Position numbers and translations under genes: made by a program. Below, in pieces: positions 16,432-24,000 of a DNA stretch of 24,000 bases; positions within the stretch are counted from its first letter, which is position 1, and every line of letters begins with the position of its first letter. This DNA is from Spirosoma pollinicola (GTDB lineage: Bacteria > Bacteroidota > Bacteroidia > Cytophagales > Spirosomataceae): the NCBI RefSeq assembly GCF_002831565.1, contig NZ_CP025096.1, positions 5,381,391 through 5,405,390 of the forward strand. Reading direction: 5' to 3'. The notes under the pieces were generated by a model. That model did no database searches. It was not told where the DNA came from and was given only the letters and a program-made list of their open reading frames with translations.

Positions 16432-18072
16432 TTAAATTTTACGACCTGTATTGATCACATTTACCCCGTTGAAGCGGGCTGTTGCGCTGCCGTGCGATAC
16501 GGCATTGATCTGAATTGGCTGCCCTTTTCCGTCGAAAAACGACCCGCCTAGTCGGTAATCACGCTCGTCGCAGACTTTCACGCAGGAGTTCCAGAATTCC
16601 TGTGTATTCGACTGGTAGGCTACATCTTTCAGCATGCCGATGATTTGCCCGTCCTTGATTTCGTAGAACAGCTGCCCGCCAAACTGGAAGTTATAGCGTT
16701 GCTGGTCAATGGAGTAGGAGCCATCGCCAATAATATAAATACCCTTCTTGACGTCTTTAATCAGTTCATCGACCGATAACCTTTCTTTCCCGGCAGCCAG
16801 TGAAACATTGGCCATACGCTGAAACTGAACCGAACCCCAATTGTCGGCATAACAGCAGCCTTGCGATTCGTTCTCGCCTAAAATGTGAACCTGATCACGG
16901 ATGGTCTGATAGTTGACCAGAGTGCCATCTTTAACCAGATCCCAGCGTTTGGTTTGAACGCCTTCATCGTCGTAACCAACAGCCCCCAATGAGCCGACCT
17001 GTGTTTTATCGGCGAAGAGGTTGACCTGTTTACTTCCGTAATTAAAGCTTTTGGATTTCCATTTGTCGAGCGTGGCGAAACTTGTTCCGGCGAAGTTGGC
17101 TTCGTAGCCCAACACCCGGTCCAGTTCCAGCGGGTGCCCAACCGACTCGTGAATGGTAAGCCAGGTGTGCGATGGGTCGAGAACCAGATCGTATTTACCC
17201 GCTTCAACGGATTTGGCGGTAAGCTTTTGTTTGGCCTGTTTTGCGGCCGCTACGACATCTTCCAGCATATCGTAGCCTCGGTTATAGCGAGTCGTAATGC
17301 CCGGTATTTTGTCGGCTGGATTAACTTGCAGGTATTCGTAGCCCATGCCAACCGGTGCACTCAAGGCGTCTCTTGTTTCAAACTTGCCGCTCCTGGGGTC
17401 AATAACGGTTACTGTAAAACCCGGCCAGAGCCGGTGTATATACTGATCGATATACGAGCCATCTGTCGATGCGAAGTACTTCTGCTCGTTGACAAGAAAT
17501 AACTGCGAGTTTACAAAGTTGGCTCCGTTCTTCATGGCTGCTCCGTTGACGGCCATCAGCAAGTCAACTTTCTCTTTGATGGGTACATTGAAAGCGTTTT
17601 TCTGAATCGGCGTTTTCCAGCTTGTTTCCCCAAAGCCCTTTTGAGGTGCCAGTTGAACCGGTTCCTGCGATAGCATGGCATTCGCTTTAGCCATAGCTAC
17701 AGCTTTTTCGGCGGCTTTGGCCAGTTCGGCTTCGGTCTTTGCATCGCCTATTGCAGCAAAGCCCCAGCACCCATTCGCAATAACACGAACGCCTACGCCA
17801 TACGACTCGACGTTGGAAATGCCCTCGACTTTATCTTCACGGGTTATTACAAATTGATTGAGGTACCGGCCAATACGCACGTCGGCATAAGAGGCTCCTT
17901 TTGCTTTGGCGGCATTGAGAGCAGCGTCGGCCAGCCGTTTTTTTACAGACACATCCAGTCCTGGTTCCAGCAGGGCTTCGGCAGATACGGGCCTACCGAA
18001 AACCGGAATTTGGGCTAACGTAAGTGCGCTGACGCCCTTACCCGTTGCGTACATAAAATCTCTACGATCCAA
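16432..18072 (-). CDS. TldD-like metallopeptidase (TldD/PmbA family) with a Tat signal
   Basis: 546 aa with an HExxxH motif (IHESVGHPLELD). The N-terminus MDRRDFMYATGKGVSALTLAQ fits the twin-arginine consensus. The annotated start is TTG, and an in-frame stop lies 6 codons upstream. An ATG at codon 7 is the alternative start. Confidence 0.88.
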   Translation of the reverse strand: MDRRDFMYATGKGVSALTLAQIPVFGRPVSAEALLEPGLDVSVKKRLADAALNAAKAKGASYADVRIGRYLNQFVITREDKVEGISNVESYGVGVRVIANGCWGFAAIGDAKTEAELAKAAEKAVAMAKANAMLSQEPVQLAPQKGFGETSWKTPIQKNAFNVPIKEKVDLLMAVNGAAMKNGANFVNSQLFLVNEQKYFASTDGSYIDQYIHRLWPGFTVTVIDPRSGKFETRDALSAPVGMGYEYLQVNPADKIPGITTRYNRGYDMLEDVVAAAKQAKQKLTAKSVEAGKYDLVLDPSHTWLTIHESVGHPLELDRVLGYEANFAGTSFATLDKWKSKSFNYGSKQVNLFADKTQVGSLGAVGYDDEGVQTKRWDLVKDGTLVNYQTIRDQVHILGENESQGCCYADNWGSVQFQRMANVSLAAGKERLSVDELIKDVKKGIYIIGDGSYSIDQQRYNFQFGGQLFYEIKDGQIIGMLKDVAYQSNTQEFWNSCVKVCDERDYRLGGSFFDGKGQPIQINAVSHGSATARFNGVNVINTGRKI

Positions 18073-18292
18073 AAGTATTTCCTGCGTTTAGGTATGTAGT
18101 TATTGAATAAGCGTCTGTATGAGTTCCAGTTGTTCGCTTCGTTGAGCCGAGCTACCCGACTAAGAGCCTTTTTTTTACAGCTGGTCACGCTTCTATATAA
18201 ATGTACGCTTTTTATGGGTTTTCATACTTGACAAACCCGGCACGGCGTTTGATAGAAAACGTCTACGCATAATTCACTATATATCCCCAATC

Positions 18293-18808
18293 ATGGTTCC
18301 ACATAATGCCGTTCGGTCTTTACGTACTATAGTTCTTGTTTTATTTGTCATTGGTTCGCTCACTACTGCCTGTAAGAAATCGGGTGGAGCCGATGACGTT
18401 GACCCCCGCGATCAGTATGCAGGAACGTATGTCGGTACATCACGGCGGACGTTTTATGTGAGTGCCGATATTTTTCAGGGACCTATTCCCGGGGTATCAA
18501 CCACAACCGTTACCAAAGCCTCAAACCCCAAAGAAATATATATTGAAAATACGGTTGTGTTTAATGGTGGGTTTACGGGTGGATATACCGTGAAAGTGAC
18601 CGCCGAATTAGATGGCTCAACCTTCACCGTCATTGATAAGTCAACCGATCAAATCGACTTGCCCAGTGGTAAAGTGGATTCCGATTACACCGCCACTGGT
18701 GTATTTGATACAAGCACCAAACAAATAGTGTATTCATCGACAGCAAGAGCGCTGCGCAATGGCGCCCAGTATTCCCGGACGGATGAAACGACCAGTACGC
18801 TAAAATAG
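18293..18808 (+). CDS. Hypothetical lipoprotein
   Basis: 171 aa with a signal peptide and lipobox (SLTTAC). I recognise no family. The next gene starts about 30 nt downstream, so they are probably co-transcribed. Confidence 0.65.
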   Translation: MVPHNAVRSLRTIVLVLFVIGSLTTACKKSGGADDVDPRDQYAGTYVGTSRRTFYVSADIFQGPIPGVSTTTVTKASNPKEIYIENTVVFNGGFTGGYTVKVTAELDGSTFTVIDKSTDQIDLPSGKVDSDYTATGVFDTSTKQIVYSSTARALRNGAQYSRTDETTSTLK

Positions 18809-18844
18809 CTATCTTAGCACCAGTTCCTAAAACTTCCGGTGTTT

Positions 18845-20146
18845 ATGAAAATACGTGTATTAACCGGCCTGCTGGCCGGTTTTTTTGTTTTTGCCGGGGC
18901 ACAGATATCTGTTGCCCAAAAGCCTGTATCAGGTCCCGTCTTGAAAGAGGCTGCTGCCGAAACGGTTGGTATGAGTACCGCCCGACTTCAACGGATGGAT
19001 GCCGTGATCAACGATTATATCGCGAAGGGTCGTCAGGCGGGTGTTGGTGTTATGGTCGTGCGTAATGGCCAGATTGTTTATCATAAAGCGTATGGGATGG
19101 ATAATGTGGTAACTAAAACACCTCTCAAGCGCGACGCTATTTTTCGTATTGCTTCGCAAACAAAGGCAATCGCCAGTATTGGCCTGATGATGTTGTTTGA
19201 AGAAGGGAAATTCCTGCTCGATGATCCGATCTCGAAATACATTCCGGCTTTCAAAAATCCGAAAGTGCTGGAAAAATTTAACGAAAAGGATTCATCATTT
19301 ACGACTGTTCCGGCCAAGCGTGAGATCACTATCCGGCAGTTGCTGACGCACACATCGGGAATTAGTTATCCCGGAATTGGCGCGAAAGAGGCTGTGGCGA
19401 TGTATGCCAAATATAGAATTCCCAGTGGTATCGGCACGCCCAGTGGTACACTTTCGGATGCGATGACTCGGCTGGGTGCGTTACCGCTTCTGCATCAGCC
19501 CGGCGAAAAATGGACCTATGGCCTGAGCGTCGATGTGGTAGGTTACCTGATTGAAGTGCTGTCGGGGCAGTCGCTCGACCAATATTTGCGGACCAGGTTA
19601 TTCGACCCGCTGGGCATGAATGACACTTTTTTCTATCTCCCAGCCGGTAAGCAGAGCCGCCTGACAATGGTCTATACCGAAGATTCCACAAAGGCAGTTA
19701 AACCGTTACCGTCCTTAAATGGCCTCTCGCCAGATTATCCCAAACAGGCGGGTACTTATTTTTCGGGTGGGGCGGGTTTGTCGTCGACGATGTATGATTA
19801 CGCTATTTTTCTGCAAATGATGCTCAATGGTGGTGAGTACGGCGGCAAGCGTTTCCTGAGTCCAACAACCGTCCGGCTGATTACGACGAATCAGATCGGG
19901 GAGTTGAATCAGGGCCTGAACAAGTTTGGCCTGGGCTTCTCCATCACATCGGAGAAAAGTGCGGCCCGATTGCCCGTTTCAGAAGGTACATTCGATTGGG
20001 GCGGCTTCTTCGGAACAACCTATTGGGTCGACCCGAAAGAAGGCATAGTTGCCCAGATTTATACCCAGAAGGTGCCCAATAGCTATGGCGACCTGACCGA
20101 TAAATTCAAGGTGCTGGTGTATCAGGCTATTATGCAGATGAAATAA
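18845..20146 (+). CDS. Beta-lactamase-family serine hydrolase (class C / esterase-like), secreted
   Basis: The SxxK motif (ASQTK) and a signal peptide are present. The track start at 18839 is GTG, and I prefer the ATG at 18845 (MKIRVL..). Confidence 0.85.
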   Translation: MKIRVLTGLLAGFFVFAGAQISVAQKPVSGPVLKEAAAETVGMSTARLQRMDAVINDYIAKGRQAGVGVMVVRNGQIVYHKAYGMDNVVTKTPLKRDAIFRIASQTKAIASIGLMMLFEEGKFLLDDPISKYIPAFKNPKVLEKFNEKDSSFTTVPAKREITIRQLLTHTSGISYPGIGAKEAVAMYAKYRIPSGIGTPSGTLSDAMTRLGALPLLHQPGEKWTYGLSVDVVGYLIEVLSGQSLDQYLRTRLFDPLGMNDTFFYLPAGKQSRLTMVYTEDSTKAVKPLPSLNGLSPDYPKQAGTYFSGGAGLSSTMYDYAIFLQMMLNGGEYGGKRFLSPTTVRLITTNQIGELNQGLNKFGLGFSITSEKSAARLPVSEGTFDWGGFFGTTYWVDPKEGIVAQIYTQKVPNSYGDLTDKFKVLVYQAIMQMK

Positions 20147-20152
20147 CCTGAA

Positions 20153-20262
20153 CCGGGATTTTCACAAGATTTAAGGGATTAAACAAGATTGCCGCAAGAG
20201 CAGAATGTTGGCTTCTCTTGCGGCAATCTTGTTTAATCCTTTAAATCTCGATATAATCCCGG
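20153..20262. repeat. 110-nt imperfect inverted repeat / long hairpin filling a convergent intergenic gap
   Basis: The arms are 20153-20200 and 20215-20262, with a 14-nt loop. Reading outward from the loop: 25 perfect bp, one mismatch, 8 bp, a 6-nt bubble, then 8 bp. Confidence 0.8.
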
Positions 20263-20778
20263 TCAGACTTTCAAAAACTCCCTCAATTCCGTTGCCTCCT
20301 GGGCATTCATGCGTCCGGCAAGAACTAATCGAAGTTGCCGCCGACGGAGTGCGCTGGCGTAGCGTTCTTTTTCGTCGTCGGTTTCGGGGATTACGGCGGG
20401 TACTTCAATGGGCCGCCCGCTCTGGTCGACAGCTACAAATGTGTAATAGGCACTGTTGGTACTCACCCGATGGCCCGCCGGAATGTCTTCGGCCCAAACC
20501 TCAATAAAAATTTCCATTGACGAACTGAAAGCTCTGGTTACCTGCGCTTTCATAGTCACGATATTGCCCAGACGAATGGGTTCGGCAAATGAAACACTGT
20601 CTACTGAAGCCGTGACTACCAGACGGTTCGAGTGTTTTTGAGCGGCAATGGCAGCCGCGATATCCATAAAATGAAGCAGTCGCCCACCCATCAGATTACC
20701 AAGCGTATTGGTATCGTTGGGAAGTACCATTTCAGTCATAACCGTCATGGATTCGTGGGCATGTTTGGGTTGAGGCAT
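20263..20778 (-). CDS. Acyl-CoA thioesterase (hotdog fold, YciA-like)
   Basis: 171 aa. Recognisable motifs are VLPNDTNTLGNLMGGRLLHFMD and ASVDSVSFAEPIRLGNIV. Confidence 0.88.
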   Translation of the reverse strand: MPQPKHAHESMTVMTEMVLPNDTNTLGNLMGGRLLHFMDIAAAIAAQKHSNRLVVTASVDSVSFAEPIRLGNIVTMKAQVTRAFSSSMEIFIEVWAEDIPAGHRVSTNSAYYTFVAVDQSGRPIEVPAVIPETDDEKERYASALRRRQLRLVLAGRMNAQEATELREFLKV

Positions 20779-21002
20779 TTTGTTTATTGACCGTTAATAA
20801 AGGAGTCGCTTGTTAAAAGTCGCTTGTTGAACATCAATTTCAGCAAGCTCTTGTTGTATATGGCGCACAAACCAACGACCAAAAAGGGAAACGCACAAAC
20901 GAAGTGATAAGATTGGCAGCCTGTGAAGGCTTGAACAGATAAATGGGCGTTACTATTTCGTTGTAAATTTGTATAATTGAGTTAAAAAATAAGACAGAGT
21001 TT

Positions 21003-21869
21003 ATGGAGCGGTTAGTAGACTATTTCGAGCATATCCCGTCATCGCACCGGAGTCTGATTTTGGTCGGCGGCATTACGCTGTTCTGGCTTATCGAAAGTGC
21101 AATACCCCTGTTTCGGTTTTCGCAGGCCACCCCCGGCTACAGTAAGCTCCATCACGCAGGGATCAATATATTCTTTACACTAACGACCATCGTCGTCAAC
21201 TTCATACTGGCCTTTATTCTGTTCCGCACCAGCGACTGGGTCGTGCGTCAGCACGTTGGCCTGTTATCTTGGGTCGATATGCCGCTTTGGGCCGAAACAA
21301 TTGTTGGGTTGCTGGGGCTGGATTTGATTGGGGCCTGGCTGGCTCACTGGACTCAACACAAGGTTACATTCATGTGGCGGTTTCACCTGATCCACCATAC
21401 CGATGCGTATGTCGATACCACCACTGCTAATCGCCACCACCCCGGCGAAAGTGTCATCCGGTTTGTTTTTACAACGCTTGCTGTTCTGGTAATGGGAGCA
21501 CCCATGTGGTTGGTATTTCTGTATCAGGCACTCTCTGTGTTGCTTTCGCAGTTCAATCACGCCAATATCGAACTGCCCCGCTGGGCCGACCGACTGTTAG
21601 GTTTGGTCATCGTAACGCCTAACATGCACCATGTACACCACCATTATGTGCTGCCCGTTACGAACACCAACTATGGCAATATTTTTCCCTGTTGGGACCG
21701 GCTTTTCGGAACCTATCACGAAATGGCGGGCAAAAACATTCACTATGGAATTGATACGCACACCGAGCCGAACGAGCATTCGCAGATCGGCAGTTTGTTG
21801 AAAATGCCATTCCAGAAATACCGTCCGCCGGTAGGGGAGAAGACTCCGGAAACTAAGGAACTAGCGTAG
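21003..21869 (+). CDS. Fatty acid hydroxylase / sterol desaturase superfamily membrane protein
   Basis: 288 aa with several hydrophobic segments. It carries the histidine boxes HWTQH, HLIHH and HHVHHH. Confidence 0.85.
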   Translation: MERLVDYFEHIPSSHRSLILVGGITLFWLIESAIPLFRFSQATPGYSKLHHAGINIFFTLTTIVVNFILAFILFRTSDWVVRQHVGLLSWVDMPLWAETIVGLLGLDLIGAWLAHWTQHKVTFMWRFHLIHHTDAYVDTTTANRHHPGESVIRFVFTTLAVLVMGAPMWLVFLYQALSVLLSQFNHANIELPRWADRLLGLVIVTPNMHHVHHHYVLPVTNTNYGNIFPCWDRLFGTYHEMAGKNIHYGIDTHTEPNEHSQIGSLLKMPFQKYRPPVGEKTPETKELA

Positions 21870-22340
21870 TGGAGTTGTAGAACAATCGACTTTCGGTAAC
21901 ATGTAGCGGTATCCAGACTGAGGGTCTTTCAGAATCCATTTGCCGTCTTTTTCAATGCGTTCACCCTCAAGCCAAGAAATGCCGCTGTCGCCTTTCAGTG
22001 TGAAATCCAGCGCATAAGGTTGTGTGGTGCCTTCGCCCGAACGCTGCCAATCGGCATGAATTTGCCCCTTATTCAGAATTCCCTGAAACGGCCCCCGCGC
22101 CCGATCTTTTTCATACGGGTTGCTATCTAAATAACCTGAAACCTGATTGCCGTTGGTGATCAGTTGCAACGTTGTGGTATCGCGGCTCAGGATCTGGCGG
22201 AAACAGAGTGTGTCGGGTGCAGTCGAGGTATCTGTTTGCGACGGATTTGTGCTGGATGTTTCCGTTGTGGATTGTTCCGACGGCCGACTTTGGCAAGCGA
22301 ATGTGAGGGATAACAGACCGAAAATTAGGTAGTTGTGCAT
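21861..22340 (-). CDS. Hypothetical lipoprotein (start trimmed to the internal Met)
   Basis: The Met at 22340 gives MHNYLIFGLLSLTFAC, a signal peptide with lipobox. The 31 upstream codons of the track ORF (to 22433) do not look like a signal. Its 3' end overlaps the convergent hydroxylase gene by 9 nt. Confidence 0.6.
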   Translation of the reverse strand: MHNYLIFGLLSLTFACQSRPSEQSTTETSSTNPSQTDTSTAPDTLCFRQILSRDTTTLQLITNGNQVSGYLDSNPYEKDRARGPFQGILNKGQIHADWQRSGEGTTQPYALDFTLKGDSGISWLEGERIEKDGKWILKDPQSGYRYMLPKVDCSTTPLR

Positions 22341-22509
22341 TGTAATGGGGAGTTTTGAGAAAATAACTACCGGTCTGAAGAATAGTTTTGCCTGATAGAT
22401 CGCCTTTGAATAGAGTTGTTCCCTAACTAGCACCGAACAATATGGATAGATTGTTGTTTTTTTTCAGGACAGATAACCCAAACCATCCTTTACCAATTCC
22501 CATTCACTC

Positions 22510-23502
22510 ATGTTAACGACTCAAAACGCTTTTTCAGCGCGTAAGTGGAGCTTAGTTGTGGCTTTACTCATTTCACTAACGTTCGCATTTACTGCCTGTA
22601 AAAAAGCGGATAATACAACCCCAACACTCTCAACAATTGGCGATCTTGTCAACACAGGAAGCAAGTTTACGTTGCTTAAAGCAGCGCTCGTCCGGGCAGG
22701 ATTAGATGGTACGCTGGCCCAGCCCGGTACCTACACAGTGTTTGCTCCAACGGATGATGCCTTCAAGGCCTTTGGTTATGTCGATGAGGCCGCCATCAAG
22801 GCAGCTCCTGTCGATTTACTGAAAACAGTGCTCCAGTACCATGTACTCGGAACCCGAGTGGCGGCTGCGGATGTACCCACGGCTATAAATACAGCCCAGC
22901 AGACACTGGCGGGTATGCCCGTATATGTATCGAAAGTAGCGTCGGGAACCGGCACGTCAACGACTATTTCCGTCAATGGCGCGCATATTTTACAAGCCGA
23001 TGGACAGGCAAGTAATGGTGTTATTCATGCCATTGACCGGGTGTTGTTGCCCCCTGTTTTCGGTAATATTGTTCAAACCATTCAGGGTATTCCATTACTG
23101 TTACCAACGGCCTCGTTTAAGCTGCTTCAGGCGGCTGTGACGAAAGCAGGCGTTGGAGCTGCACTAACGGCACCCGGCCCGCTTACCGTATTTGCACCGA
23201 CGGATGCGGCTTTCAAAGCTGTAGGTATTGATTCGGCGGCAATCGCCAATACGCCTGTGGCTACCCTGACCAGCATTCTAACATATCATGTGCTTAATGG
23301 CCGAACATATACGCCAACTATTACAAACGGTTCAAGCTTATCAACGCTTCAGGGAGGAACAATTACAGCGGGGATCAGCACGACTGCGCTGACCGTTACA
23401 GGCACAGGAAATAAAGGAACGGCATCGAATATTACCGGACCTGATGTTTCGGCAACGAATGGCGTTGTACATATCATCGACCGCCTGTTATTGCCTCAGT
23501 AA
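22510..23502 (+). CDS. Fasciclin (FAS1) domain lipoprotein, two FAS1 repeats
   Basis: The lipobox is FAFTAC. The repeated FAS1 signatures are TVFAPTDDAF..NGVIHAIDRVLLP and TVFAPTDAAF..NGVVHIIDRLLLP. Confidence 0.9.
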   Translation: MLTTQNAFSARKWSLVVALLISLTFAFTACKKADNTTPTLSTIGDLVNTGSKFTLLKAALVRAGLDGTLAQPGTYTVFAPTDDAFKAFGYVDEAAIKAAPVDLLKTVLQYHVLGTRVAAADVPTAINTAQQTLAGMPVYVSKVASGTGTSTTISVNGAHILQADGQASNGVIHAIDRVLLPPVFGNIVQTIQGIPLLLPTASFKLLQAAVTKAGVGAALTAPGPLTVFAPTDAAFKAVGIDSAAIANTPVATLTSILTYHVLNGRTYTPTITNGSSLSTLQGGTITAGISTTALTVTGTGNKGTASNITGPDVSATNGVVHIIDRLLLPQ

Positions 23503-23522
23503 AAAATTAAGCAGAATTAAAG

Positions 23523-23611
23523 AGATTTATTAAACACAGAGGCACCGAGAACACAGAGTTTATCAATGACTTGATCTCTGTGTTCTCGGTGCCTCTGTGT
23601 TTAATAAATCT
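23523..23611. repeat. 89-nt hairpin: 36-bp perfect inverted repeat plus an inner 5-bp stem, at a convergent junction
   Basis: agatttattaaacacagaggcaccgagaacacagag (23523-23558) is the exact reverse complement of 23576-23611. Inside, atcaa and ttgat pair around the loop tgac. Confidence 0.85.
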
Positions 23612-23653
23612 GCATGGCTACCCAAGTTGTTAGATTGATTATTGGTACAATAA

Positions 23654-24000
23654 TTAATTTCGGTCGATGGTCAACATCGTTTGCAATAGGACATTGGCCC
23701 CGTTGCCGATGTCAACGCCTTTCGAGAACTCTTTAGGTGAATGACTGATGCCGCCCACACTCGGTATAAAAATCATACCAACTGGTGCTATTTGTGCTAT
23801 CTCCTGCGAATCATGCCCGGCTCCGCTCTGCATGTATCGGTACGAAAATCCCATCGATTTTGCGACACTGATAATTTTATCCTGAATTGGCTTGGCCGTA
23901 AGCGCGGGTGTAACACCTACACTCGACTGAGTAAACGTGATGGTCGTTTCTGAAGTCTTGGCAATTTCTTTGGCTTTGGCTTCTACCTCGTGAAACAGCT
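23654..24000 (-). CDS. M20-family amidohydrolase (hydantoinase/carbamoylase / allantoate-amidohydrolase-like), C-terminal part, truncated by the window edge
   Basis: The C-terminal motif is MQSGAGHDSQE..MIFIPSVGGISHSPKEF. My hand translation of 23855-23998 stays open (..LFHEVEAKAKEIAKTSETTITFTQSSVGVTPALTAKPIQDKIISVAKS-MGFSY..). The gene therefore continues beyond position 24000. Confidence 0.75.
   Translation of the reverse strand, partial: LFHEVEAKAKEIAKTSETTITFTQSSVGVTPALTAKPIQDKIISVAKSMGFSYRYMQSGAGHDSQEIAQIAPVGMIFIPSVGGISHSPKEFSKGVDIGNGANVLLQTMLTIDRN

Noticed and set aside
20205-20641. + strand ORFs (100, 61 and 61 aa) overlapping the thioesterase gene and the long hairpin
   Set aside because: They are antisense to a motif-rich hotdog thioesterase. 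One begins inside the inverted repeat. The sequences are Arg/Pro-rich shadow translations.
22341-22433. 31-codon N-terminal extension of the 190-aa track ORF
   Set aside because: The internal Met at 22340 yields a textbook lipoprotein signal (..LLSLTFAC). The extension would bury that signal, so I trimmed the CDS instead.
1-24000. Whole-window check for tRNA/rRNA genes, CRISPR arrays, integrases, transposases and reverse transcriptases
   Set aside because: I found no T-arm-like GTTCGAATC contexts outside CDSs, no regularly spaced repeats and no ORF with recombinase or RT motifs, so none is reported.

Overview
The window looks like chromosomal DNA from a Bacteroidota genome, probably Cytophagales-like. 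It has about 50% GC, a SusC/SusD pair, many lipoproteins with a Cys lipobox and several Tat-signal enzymes. All family assignments come from motifs I recognise in the supplied translations; no database search was possible.

Gene order:
- An extremely AT-rich 463-bp leader containing a 92-bp perfect palindrome.
- A SusC/SusD-like pair (+).
- A DUF4258/MqsA-type zinc-ribbon toxin-antitoxin pair (-), placed exactly at the stop codon of dnaE and bracketed by a 56-bp direct repeat that duplicates the dnaE 3' end.
- dnaE (-).
- A low-GC four-gene operon (-): PD-(D/E)XK nuclease, a 91-aa orphan protein, a 99-aa small partner protein and an AbiEii-type nucleotidyltransferase.
- Apparent core genes: a general-stress/PNPOx-like protein, a lipoprotein, a Tat-exported FAD oxidoreductase, a DUF559 endonuclease cassette flanked by 36-bp perfect inverted repeats, a PmbA/TldD-like metalloprotease pair, a lipoprotein, a beta-lactamase-family serine hydrolase, an acyl-CoA thioesterase, a fatty-acid-hydroxylase-family membrane protein, a lipoprotein, a two-domain fasciclin lipoprotein and a truncated M20-type amidohydrolase.

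I found no rRNA, tRNA, CRISPR array, integrase or transposase.

The best candidate for an undescribed system is the four-gene operon at 10061-11966, near the window centre. The second most interesting observation is the toxin-antitoxin cassette fused to the end of dnaE. Convergent gene junctions carry unusually long, near-perfect hairpins.
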